In this document: positions 52,311 through 64,000 of the stretch, piece by piece | Numbering within the stretch: position 1 is the stretch's first letter | Layout: each line of letters opens with the position of its first letter | Source of the DNA: Tubulanus polymorphus | Taxonomy: Eukaryota > Animalia > Nemertea | DNA length: 64,000 bases | Direction of reading: 5' to 3' | Assembly (NCBI RefSeq): GCF_964204645.1 | Contig: NC_134028.1 | Coordinates: 17,677,653 to 17,741,652 of the forward strand | Notes under the pieces: generated by a model | The model's database searches: none | The model's input: only the letters and a program-made list of their open reading frames with translations | Told to the model about the DNA's origin: nothing | Made by a program: the position numbers and the translations under genes

Positions 52311-54576
52311 GGCGTTGTCATATTGCGGAATGAAGGAATCACAAATTTATCAAAATCATGGAATTTCCACTATACAGGGGTGTTTAAAAAATGCGGAAAA
52401 ATTTGAAATAAAAGTATTGGGCTAACTAGTGCTATTACATGTATATATATTATCGATCTGTACAGTGGTTCTAGACAACAGGGGTGTTTCGCGATGATGT
52501 TGTGAAAAAGATTTCAGAGATCGTAGCACCGGTTTTATGAAACGCTTTTACTGTCTGTTCTTTAAGTATGCTATGATATAACTCTGAATTTTTCCCCAAG
52601 ACCCTAACCACCCCATCATTTTCTCAACGGATCTACATCAGCCATTGACCTCCAATGGCGGAATGAAGATTTTCATCCCTGACTATGAGTATTAACCGTG
52701 TTTTTCCACGGGATACCTCTTATTGTACAAGACAGTGGACGCATGTTTTCTTTACTGGTACCTGGTAGGCCTGATGCGATAATCTATTACTATTGTCACT
52801 CAACACATTAACGATACTTCCAAACGAGAAAATTGAGAACCTATATAGCAACTTGTTGTTTTGTGTAGGAATGTATTTGTTAGTCGTGTTTGTAAAGTAA
52901 TTAGTCATATGTTCTTTCTGTCTTTGTTTATGGCATGTTGTTCCTCAAATTGTCTACTCATTGTCTGTCACCTTTGTTTTTCATACCTAAGTTTTTGTTA
53001 CTATGCACGAATATATATATATATATAAGAGTCAGTTGAGATAGAATTAGAGACACGTCACATACTTTTAGTTGGCAGTTTGTACTGTGCAGTTGTTGCG
53101 GTTGGAAGCCGACCAAGCATTTGAATAAACGATATTTTATCAAGATGGAATTGATGACTTTGGATTTATTTTGACGAGCTAGTTCCCGAGTACACTGAAA
53201 ATGCTAGTTGTTACAATTGGTAGAGAACCCGTTGGCAAGATCTGACAGGCACTGCAGGTTCAATCTTGTGCCTAGTTTTGGATAAGTAATGGCTGTACTT
53301 CGCAAGAATTGTGGACTCTACTGTTGGAGCCGGACATGTTGTCACGCACAGGACACATGCTGCCACCGTTGCTATATCATCGGACACTTTGCCCGATGTT
53401 GATAGAACCCTGAGAAGCGAACCCGTCAAAAGTCCGCGAAGAAAATTTGAGATCTGCAGAGGCTTATGATGTTCAATAAGCGTAAACAAATTGAAAACCT
53501 CCGAATCATCAGAGAAGGTTTATGCATGAATCTGGGCGAGAATCAGTGCCCGATGATGGTTAGTTCACTAACTGACGTTGTTTTCATCTTAGATTGGGAT
53601 AATGAGCATTTGTCTATGGATATTTTACAACCGGAGCGACTAGACACATCAAAGCTACTTGAATTCATGAGTTACTCAGTTTTAAGCGTGATTGAGCTGG
53701 ATCTCAATCTCGAAAAAATCCCAAATCATGTCACTGATCAGTGCATCTTCGTAGATAATGTGTATTCTGCTGAGGAAACCGCAGCCGATATTTCTATTCT
53801 CGATGCGAAAATTCAAAATTTACGTTCCGTTTGCGATTGATTAAAAAGACATAACTTAAAAGGAATAAAAGGAATAGGAATAGTGTCCTGATTGATTTGA
53901 TGCTTATTAAACTTTTGGATACAATCGAGGCCATCTCTAAAGCGATATTGAGATGGCAAGTATGCCAGTAGATTAGTCAATATTGCAATGTCAAATGCGT
54001 TGTTTCACATGTATTGTGAAATACCACGAACCCCTTCGTCTGTTTTATTTTCATATCATATACACCTTAGATTTCTAAAACAATTTGAGCACTTATGTCT
54101 AGAATTGTGGTTTTTAGTTGATTGTGTAATTGTTTTTATGTTCATTGTGTAATTTGTCATATGTTATGTAGTACATGTTTTCTGGATAAGATGAGATTCC
54201 GAGTAATTAGGTTTTAAATGATTTTGTAACGTCGTTGGGCTTTATAGTCAACAAGTATTGTAACGGTTGAGATACGGTTTTTAAAAATGATTTTGTAACG
54301 TTGTTGGGCTTTAAAGTCAACAAGTATTGTTACGTTAGAGATATGGTATTTTTTAAAATTTTGTAACGTTGTTGCACTTGGTCAACAAGTATGGTTGGAT
54401 ACTATTGTTTTTTTTCTATTTTTTACATGATTTAACCCAATGTATTTGGTTGTCGTGTTTGTAAAGTAATTAGTTATATGTTCTTTCTGTCTTTGTGTAT
54501 GGCATGTTGTTGCTCAAATTGTCTACCCACTGTCTGTCACCTTTGTTTTTCATACATAAGTTTTTGGTACTATGCG

Positions 54577-54656
<80 letters not shown>

Positions 54657-56430
54657 TAGAGACACAACACACACTTTTAGTTGGCAGTTTGTACTGAGCA
54701 GTTGTCGCGGTCGGAGGCCGACCAATCATTTGAATAACAGATATTTTATCAAGATGGAATTGATGACTTTGGATTTATTTTGACGAGCTAGTTCCCCAGT
54801 GCACTGAAAATGCTAGTTGTTACACCTACATATGCAATTAATCTATCAACCTTTAACTAATTTGATAAATGCTGCATTGTTTAAATGGACATTAAAACGA
54901 TGGCTTATTTAGACTGCACTGTTTCACTGGCCGTATAAGACCAAAATGAGGTATGTTTTGATATGGTCAAGAGAAATATCCCGAAATGATTGATACCAGA
55001 CGACAACAGATACACATTATGCATATTCTGGCTTTGGATTTTTAATGCGTCTTGCGCATCTAAATTGCGATTTATGCGAGTGTGGTGCATCTAGAATAGA
55101 AGAGTTGATAAAAGTTGAATGATTTTAAAGATTAAATATAAAATTGTATCTTTTTTTAAGTCAGTTATTTGTGAAGAGAAAGCTGTTACTTAGTTACTTC
55201 TGCGTGTTGATTCCTTGGGTCTAAAAAATGTATCATTGGTACTAGACAGCGGTTTCAATTACAAGAGGACTTCAAAGTCCTGGGGTTCGAAGAAGCAAAG
55301 TCTGATGTACAAATTATAAATCACATAAAAGAAAGGCAAATTATGAAGAGAAATCGATATTCCATTAGAGAAGTTTGTTTAAAAAAATTCAATTTGTTTT
55401 CCATTTGCATTGCGCACGTGGTAATATTATTGTTTACATCTGACATCATCGATAAAATGAGGCGCGCAGCTGAGCCTGCCTGTCAATCAACATTATTGGT
55501 TTACACTAAAAATGCGCTTACTTGAAAAACTATGTAGTACGTATCAATCTAGAATTTTCGTCACAATATCCGATGCTAAATACCTTACTTTAAAGGTTTA
55601 TTTGGTGTAAATCAGATGGTAAATATTTCTAATATTTTGTTCTTAACTTTTGAAGTGGAAGCCGGTGTTGGCATCAACGTGTGTATGGCTGTACGTACAG
55701 GTACTGGCGCTTTAACAGGCTCAGCATTGATGGTGTATTTATGCGCGAGTAGATGTAATGATTTTTTTAACCAACCGCTAAATCGGCATTCATTACGCAT
55801 GATTTTAGAAAATGATATTATTCAGAGTATTTGAATATATCTATCATGATAATCATAATATTCTTAAGACAAGCGAATTACGTATGTGGACCTATTTCAT
55901 TGAGCCGTATCACTCAATCTGAAAAAAAAAAATCTGCCGATGCTGTGACGTTACTTCATGACTGCAACTTGACGAAAGCTTAGGTTCTCATTCTTGGAAC
56001 AAAAAATAACTTTCAAGGAACCGCGGTACATGTTTAGACGTAACACATTTCACGTTTGCAATCATCTGGAACTATGGCTGAACCTAGAGCGACCATGCTC
56101 AAATCTACTAAGATTACAAAAAGTCGATTAGCTTCGAAAAACAATGTTTGCCCTGGTGCTGATCTTTTTGTCCGACTACATTCTGACTGCTATGGCAGCT
56201 GGGAACTGGCAGCCAGTGAACGGTATCATAGAGTAATGCCAGATAAAATTGTGCACTAATAGTGTGATTCATAGCCAACTCAGTGCATCAATTGGTCCGG
56301 TGCCTTGTCCGACACAGGGTATCCTGGCAGGAAAACCCGGTCACTATTTATAGCGAAAGTGTGAAGAAATTGTGTTTTAAAAAAATTCCTAAGGATAAAA
56401 GATTCCTTCATTCTGCGATATGACAACACC
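52311..56430. mobile_element. Non-autonomous DNA element bounded by 30-bp TIRs
   Basis: GGCGTTGTCATATTGCGGAATGAAGGAATC versus GATTCCTTCATTCTGCGATATGACAACACC (27/30 complementary). TSD unclear. Confidence 0.6.
52844..54824 (+). mobile_element. Small non-autonomous LTR element (TRIM-like), LTRs 52844-53215 and ~54439-54824
   Basis: Direct repeats ending in GTTACA, PBS-like TGGTAGAG after the 5' LTR, candidate TSD CCTA (52840-52843 and 54825-54828). No pol; a 124-aa internal ORF. Confidence 0.8.
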
Positions 56431-57500
56431 AATGTCTATGACACCTGTCACAATAACTCGCCCGTCCCATATTGATATAACAGAAATACTGAAAAAAACT
56501 CACCTAAGCAGAGCTCCCCAAGCAGATATTGAGAACAATGAATCTGAAAAAAAATGGAAATATTTTCTCATTTTATAAACATAGGCCCATACATGGCAAC
56601 GAGTAGATCGTCTCCTAGGGCCCAGGCAAAATAAATTTAGTTGAAATATAAATTTGATAATCAATAATTATGGGGACACAAATGCAGCTGAAAGAAAATC
56701 ACATGCAACTAAAAATGATATGCTGGATACTTTGATATCGATAAGATGTAGCTGATTACACAATAGCCTAGGTTAATGACAGATTGTCACTAGATAAATC
56801 GATAAATGCCAACTAACGTTACAGTTGTTTACTTTTTCTAAGAATTTTGTGGGCTTAAGATATTGACAGAATAAATCCATCAGAATAAATCCATTCCATC
56901 AACATTAGACCCAACTGGGTTCTTACATTACATAATTCTATAAATTACAGCAAAAAAGATGAAATTCACTTACCTAAGACGTCAAAATGGCATATGTCCC
57001 TTGTTCATCTGAACTGGTTGTTTGGGGAATTCCCTAAATAACCAATCGGAGCGCAGCTTTCTCATAATGAGGTAAAAAGTGTGATTATGTAGGCCGCGGC
57101 CTGAACCTTTGAAGTGCAGTAATCAGCTGAAAGAGCCCACATGATCTCATGATGAAAGTATTAATATCCGGATGAAACATATTTTTGCGAAAAAATACCA
57201 AACTTTGACTGCAAATTACCTCATAACTGGATCGTTTCACGAATTCAACTTCTCACCGTTTCATCTTTGATTGATAATGTTTTAAATGGCACAACAAAAG
57301 TGTACGGTACAAAAGACGAGTTTCGATACACAGCATTTTGAGAGTAAGTTATTTCTGGACATGACTCCGTCAACATACAACGAAATCAATAAAACATGTC
57401 ATGAGCTATAAAATTGCAATTGATTGTGGTTATGAAATATGCAAGGTACCAACATAAGAATACATATTGTATATGATTCAATATTCAACTCTTAACTGGT

Positions 57501-57824
57501 GCATGGTTCCCACAGTTATATGAATTCAAAATTCCCAAGTTTTTCCAAGTATTTCATGGGTGATTTTTCAATTTTCCCAAATGCAAGAACACATCATGCT
57601 ACAGTCAACATTTTAGCGGCGACTGGTTGATAAAGGTGATTTTCAAGTGAAACTGCTGAAGAAAGTTGCCCTTGGCAAGTGCAATATGTGAAATGCAGTG
57701 AATTTCCCAAATATTTCCCTGATATGAGGAAAATTTTTCAAATTCCAAGATATTTCCAAACCCGGAATTATTATTTTAAAATTCCGAAGTTTTTCCCAAT
57801 TTCCCTGTTCTGTGGGAACCATGC
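57501..57824. mobile_element. MITE with 15-bp TIR (hAT-like); related TTCCC/GGGAA-rich fragment at ~8062-8190
   Basis: GCATGGTTCCCACAG ... CTGTGGGAACCATGC. Confidence 0.65.
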
Positions 57825-60224
57825 TCGTGGCAAAAACCATAAACCATATGGATAAAGCCATATAAAATAAATCACTTGATTCTAATCAGCGCCTGGCCTG
57901 AGTTTAGCGGCCGCATGGAGTTTTTTTAATATTATATTTATAAAAGACACTCAAGCCATGGTTTGGCGTTACACGGAAGGATGTTCCGGAGAAGAGACAT
58001 ACACATGCATACACACCGAGGTGATCCTCTGTGCATTGTAGCCTATGGTCAATATATGGACACCTTATATATCAGTGGTAACAAATATCAAATATCAAGA
58101 CTTTTCAGTTAAAACCTGTTGAAATACATTTGCACTTAACTAAAGGACAAAAGGATCTGCAGCTCTCGAATCATCAGAAAGCCTGATTTTGAAGAAATTG
58201 CGAACATTGTGAAATGACGACTTTTATTTGTGTTATAAATGATATTTATTTAAATGTTATGAAATATGTAACATTTCTGGAAAAATGTAACACCGTAATT
58301 TCACTTTCATTTACGTAACCATTGGCAGGTCTGAAGGTCATCCATCCGATTTGAAAAAAGCTATTTTCCCAGACTTAGCATAAATGTCAATGATATTTTC
58401 TGTAGTGCCAATAAAAGTATTCCTCCCAAAAACCAAGTCAATTAAAGATTTCACAGAAATCGATCTTGAAATGCAATTTTAGATCTTAAAATAAAACCCG
58501 AAGTAAAATGGTAGACGATACCGCAGGTTCACATGAACACCTGCTGATCTCTGTGGCTAAGCCAATCAAAGAGGAGACTTTGCTTTCTGATTGGCTTTTT
58601 AAAACAGATATTTTTGCATTCAGATTTTCGCAAAGATGCTCATATAAATTTTAACTAGGCCTTTTTCAAAATTCAGCTTCATAAGGGTTGGAGAATGGAT
58701 AATGCTCTAATGAATGATTTATATGAATATATGCTCAGTTGCACAGTCAAAGAGCCTTTACTCTGGAAACCATGTCATTTAAATATGCTCCATTTGTATA
58801 GTAATAGGCTCAGCCTACGGCTGCCCTAAAAAAATTGATTTGGATTTGATGTCATTTTGAAGGATAAAATATAATTGAATTGAATTTGATGTAATTTTTT
58901 TCGATAAAGTAGAATTGAATTAGATTTGATTTTATTTGCAATTCGATCACATGGCTTGTTAGCATATCAAGGTCATCCATCCCAATTTGAGAAAAAGCTA
59001 TTTTTCCCAAACCTTGCATAATTGTCAATGATGAATCTTCTGTAAGGGAAAATAATTCTTCCCAAAAACCAACTCAAGATTTCACAGAAATTGATCTTGA
59101 AATAAAATTTTTAATCTTAATATAAAACCTGGAAGTAAAATATTAGATGGTACTGCAGGTTCACATGAACATCTGCTGATATCTGCAGCTAATCCCATTC
59201 CCAAATCCAGATGGCACATGAATTGTAATCTTTTGGGAATTTTTGACAGTATGAACATGCCCTACATAGAATTTTTGGCAATATGAGCCTGCCCTTTTAA
59301 TAATATTTCACAATTGAGTCATGCCCTTAGAGGCATTTTAAGCAATTCTTCAGAATTTACTGAATTTTTGAACATCACTTCTGCACTTTCAGGATTTTTT
59401 CAGGAAGTGCTTTTATTGTATATATGTACCAATTCTTCCAAACGACGAGAAGCGCAGCAATGCCATTTTTATGACAGCACTACCACAGGTATTTCACGGA
59501 CATAATTGTTACAATATCTCAATATTGCTTATCATCATTAACTTGAGTACCAATATGTATGTACAGATGTCGACACTTATCATCCAGCTTATCATGTGAC
59601 TTTGTAGCCTATAGTTTAGTTTGAATAAATGCGTAGGCCAGGATGGCTACAGATTACTAGAAACAAATCTTATTCTTTGAGGATTTGAATCAATAATCAG
59701 ACATTTTGTGGGTGCTGCAGTGGACGGTATCTTTGCTGTTACATATTTTTATAGGGTACTAGAAAAATTGAAGGGGTCGCATGTGGCGCAGGTACAACCC
59801 TCTGTATCCGCCCCTGAATCCAATAATAGTGGAGACTGCTATCTGATCGGCTTTTTAAAACTGATACACCATGTCTTTTTACATTCAGATTTTCACGAAA
59901 AACCTCCTGTGAACTAAGCCTCTTTTGAAAATTAGGCTTCCTAAGAATTGGGAAATGGATAACGCTTAAATGCATGATTTTAATGAATATACGCTCACTT
60001 GCACAGTGCTTTTCACCTGGGAACCATATCATTTGAATTTGCTCCATTTGTATAGTAATAGGCTCAGCCTATACGGCTGGCTAAAAAGTACCCATTGGAC
60101 AGTTATAACATACATCTTATTTGGTTAAACTTAGTCATGAGCAATGAACACAATAGCTGGCTGTGACGCAAGTCTCAAGTGGGCCACAAGTGGGTCAAGT
60201 TTCCAATGTATTAACCAGAGAGTT

Positions 60225-60510
60225 ATATTTCGACTCTGGGAAGCAAAGTCATGGGTTCAAACCGCCATACTTTATTGTAGTGTCCTCGGACAGTAAAATG
60301 GGTACCTGACCAGATAGATGACTCTTGAGTGCCTGGCAGATGCTCGGATGTTACTTCTCCCCAGGGAGAGATGACTGATACACAAATAGAGTTATAGGCT
60401 GGGGAAATAATACCAAGTTTGGAGCGCATTCGAACAGACTCTATGGATACCCGTGCTATATTAATGTAAATTATTACCATCATTATGATTATTATCATCA
60501 TTATTATATT
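60225..60510 (+). mobile_element. Degenerate tRNA-derived SINE with an L2-type tail
   Basis: B-box-like GGTTCAAAC, GTGTCCT and AAATGGGTACC core motifs, GCTATATT plus (ATT/ATC)n tail. Confidence 0.5.
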
Positions 60511-60594
60511 TCAGCACAAAACTGTGGCACTGGATGGTGGTCTTAGATAAATCATGACGGGGATTTTTAGTAATAGATTCATCAATTTGAATAC

Positions 60595-60751
60595 CGTTGT
60601 TTGAATGCTTTCTGAGCCATTTCTCTTGCAGCTTGTTTCACTTCTAAAGGTATGTCATCTTTCTCAGAGTCAGGTATTTGATGCACATCATGCCCAGCAT
60701 CTAATCTGTATGGTCCGCCTTTACCTCCTAAACCAGCTGTATCACGACCTC
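60595..60751 (-). CDS. VWA8: VWA8 exon (GRDTAGLGGKGGPYRLDAGHDVHQIPDSEKDDIPLEVKQAAREMAQKAFKQR)
   Basis: Hallmark VWA8 peptide GGRDTAGLGGKGGPYRLDAGH; AG/GT boundaries. Confidence 0.96.
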
Positions 60752-61289
60752 CTGTGTTCAACGAAATCATCATAAATAATAAGCAGTTCAATCATTATTG
60801 ATACTAGTTAGTGAATCATTAATTATGTAAACCCCGGGAATCAGTTCAGATCAATGTGACTGAAAATGAATAAATAGGGGTTTGTGAAAAATTATTTTAA
60901 GAACAACAAACACAAAGTGTCTGGAATAAACTAGACTAATGCTTAAAATAGACCCCCACCCAAAACACTCTCCCCTGGAAGCCATTATCATTCATATCAT
61001 AAAAGTTTTGATGTATCATTCCACTGGCTACTTATATGCAACACATACTAATAAAGAAATCCGAAATCGACTCTTTTTCCTGTACCCAGCACACTTGGAG
61101 GCCAAATGAAAAATCGCATGACCTTGCAAATTTGCTTATCATTCCATGGGCAGCATTTGTCTTTACTCTTACATCAAATTTCATGGATATTCATCAGATA
61201 TTGCAGGACAATATAGTGCTAACAAGAAATTAACGATGGCTGCCCTGACGGCAAAATTTGATGATAACAACCCTTATTGTGACCATATA

Positions 61290-62106
61290 GAATAACTAAT
61301 GTCCTTAAAACTCACTTCAATCATAGACCACGTCATGAGCTACAACTTCGCAATTGATTGTGGTAACAAAATATGCATAGGTATAAATATTATACAGAAA
61401 TACTAAGTTATTGTATTATTCAACATCCCTTGGTGGCCATATACAAAAACCAATGACTTTGAAACTCATCAAAATTATAGAACACATTATGAGCTACAAC
61501 TTTCCAATTAATTGTGGTAACAAAATATGCTTAAGTATCAATATAATGTGGAAAATTTTATACCCACTCACGAATGAGTACTGATGACACAAAGATGGCC
61601 GCCAAATGCGTCATAATTAGCTGATTAAAAATACCTGTCTCGGGTATAAAACATCCCTTTTCAAGGAATACCTATCACAAATTGCAATGAGAAATAGCAA
61701 CCAGTAGGAAGCTACAGGACTCAGAATTCGGGCCAAAATTGACATTTTTGGGCACTAAAAAGGTCATAGGACGGCCATGTTGAATCAGATCGACCCAAAT
61801 TTTCTTGGGAGATTCAAATATATAAGAAAGATCAAAGTTATTGATCAAAGCGTCTTCAAAATTTCCCTCAAAAAGCTCAAAAATGTATAAAAAGTGCTGA
61901 TTTTTGCGAACAACAATGGCTGCCAGTCAGCCATCTTGATTCTGACAGGGCCAGGTTTTGGGCTGAAGATATGCCTAGGGTAGATACATGTGTAACCCAA
62001 CTATCAAGACATTACATTAAAGCATCTTCAAAACTTCCCAAAATAACTGGATTCCGTCTATGGACGGACAGACGCTATGACGCTTACTCCCAAGTGGGCT
62101 AAAAAA
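61290..62106 (-). mobile_element. Third, partial HINE family A copy with about two satellite units
   Basis: Matches 50800-51590 and 14640-15126; ends in CAAGTGGGCTAAAAAA. Confidence 0.75.
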
Positions 62107-62749
62107 GGTTAATTTCTATCAGTTCCCCCATCATTTGAATAAAACATATCTAGTGTCATTTACTTTTTGGCTGTTCTGGTTGTGGAGACGTTCCTTGGAC
62201 AACAACATTACGTTGGAGTAATGTTTTCTCAACGTGGAAAGGATGTTTTATGGCCAATGATTATGTTATGTGAAGGTTATAACAGGACTTAATGATGTTG
62301 GTGTAACGTTACATTTGACATTGTAAAAACTCAAGTATAAACGCAAGTGAAAAACGTTGTAAGAAGGTTATTGTAATGTTTTTTAACAGCATCACGGATG
62401 TTTAAAAAAACTTTTCACTAATGTTTCCTAAATGTTTAATTGCAACCTGGGTGTTATGCATTACATGATAAACATACATTATTTAGAAGTGCCGTGGTTC
62501 TGTGAGTACAGCGAACAAATAATGTTTATTTCATTGATTATACATAGGCTAACTCGTATTAGCGCATACACGTGCTTTTGTTGACTGTCAGATATATAAT
62601 CATGAATAGTGCCACTGCGCGCTGTAAGTGAACTACATTTACAAAAAGAAGGATAAATAGATGACTTATTTACGGCATATTAGAGATAAATTTTTCGATA
62701 AGTCAGATCTCAGGTCATTATTAAAGTTTCACCTGGTTAAGCAATCACA

Positions 62750-63450
62750 AAAAACAATAAATTGCCCATGGGCAAAGTGTGGTTTAGCAGGAAAGCTAGA
62801 GGATGTTAAACACAGCCCTCATCTTCTGCTACGATTATTCAGCCTATTTTCATGTCAAACATGCACGCGTTACAGCATCACCCTTAGTTGTGTAATGTAC
62901 GAGCTTGTGTGTCATGTAGCATTCCGCACGCACGTGGAGGCCTCGTGTAAGTGAATGTTCGCTTACACTTCAATGTCAATCAAAACAATCACCGGGTAGT
63001 TAAATGAAACAATACCTATGGCGGATGTGTGAAATAATTACATCCTCACCAGCAATGAGCATTTGAAATTTGCACGTAAACGGCACCTAGTCCAATGAAA
63101 CGTACACCATGGCTTTCCCATAATTATTTCAGTAACGCCGGAATTCCCTGTATATCCCAAAAACAGCCAATCCCACTCGCTCGAAGAGTCGACGCCCCCC
63201 CCCCCCCCCCAATCAAGGTCATTGCAATTTTATACGCGAGAGCTAAGAATTTTCCCGCCAAAAACAGTTTTACGTAGAATTTTAACTCAGTTGACCATGT
63301 CATCGGCGGAGGTTCGCCATGTCTTCAATCGCATCGATTATACGTTGTTTATGCTGAGAACCAATGAAACAAATGCTCACATAAAAAAACGTACCGCGAT
63401 TTTTACATGAATTGGCTCAATACCAGCATCAAATTGCTGACAAAGGTGAA
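62750..63450 (+). repeat. Dispersed repeat copy joining sequences seen at 11430-11487 and 12510-13130
   Basis: Direct sequence match to both segments. Confidence 0.8.
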
Positions 63451-64000
63451 CCAATAATTTTGATGGCATATGTCCTATAAGCATCAAAGAAATCAAATAT
63501 GGCCACCAGTCAACCATCTTGGCTCCAACCACAAAATGAAATGCATGTGCACAACAACATATCCAAACAGACTTATGTGTTATGTTAGCAGAAGAGCCAG
63601 TAGTTAAGGAGATATCCCGATGCATGGACAGCAGTATATCCCCCTACATTTTGATGCAGAGGTAGAATAAGTCACCAAGATATTCCAATAAGTATGAAAC
63701 GTCAGTTGTGGTTTTATCAACATTTTCAGTAATAAGGGATGTTTATTTACTGATAGTGCTTTCGGATATAATAGCAGTAGTGACATGAAAGACATGAAAT
63801 TGTTGAATATGAAACCATGAACTGGGAACCAGTAATGAACATCACATTTGTAAATAAAGGACCATGGGTCCAGTAGGATCAACTGAGTACATTTTAGTTT
63901 TGAGCACAAAAATCGATTTGTTCTTGGATTTGCAATTACGTATGAACAGCTGATGAAGATGAAATTATGGTCTTCTGTGTAGTAAGCATGTCCAACTTAT

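Overview
AT-rich, repeat-dense animal DNA, probably from a marine invertebrate. The host gene is the 3' part of VWA8 on the minus strand: seven exons from 60751 down to the stop at 6861, all GT-AG with consistent phases. Its introns are filled with transposable elements. The main result is a complete ~16.9-kb DNA transposon (33216-50140) in the 27.8-kb VWA8 intron. It has an 8-bp TSD (CCCCTGGT), ~35-bp TIRs, kilobase-scale palindromic subterminal arrays built on TATTCTAC, and two TTAGGG-like tracts. It carries two same-strand spliced genes: an intact 7-exon, 498-aa DUF3987-like P-loop ATPase, and a 4-exon, ~608-aa KDZ (Kyakuja-Dileera-Zisupton, CxC5/CxC6-type) transposase nested wholly inside intron 2 of the ATPase gene. 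The transposase is broken only by a CR1-like LINE with an 11-bp TSD, and a solo LTR sits in the left array. Other elements: the 3' end of an env-bearing LTR retroelement, a Mutator-like relic, a DIRS1-like relic with ITR/ICR, LINE relics, Helentron-like non-autonomous repeats, MITEs and a small non-autonomous LTR element. Family assignments come from motif recognition by eye, not database searches.
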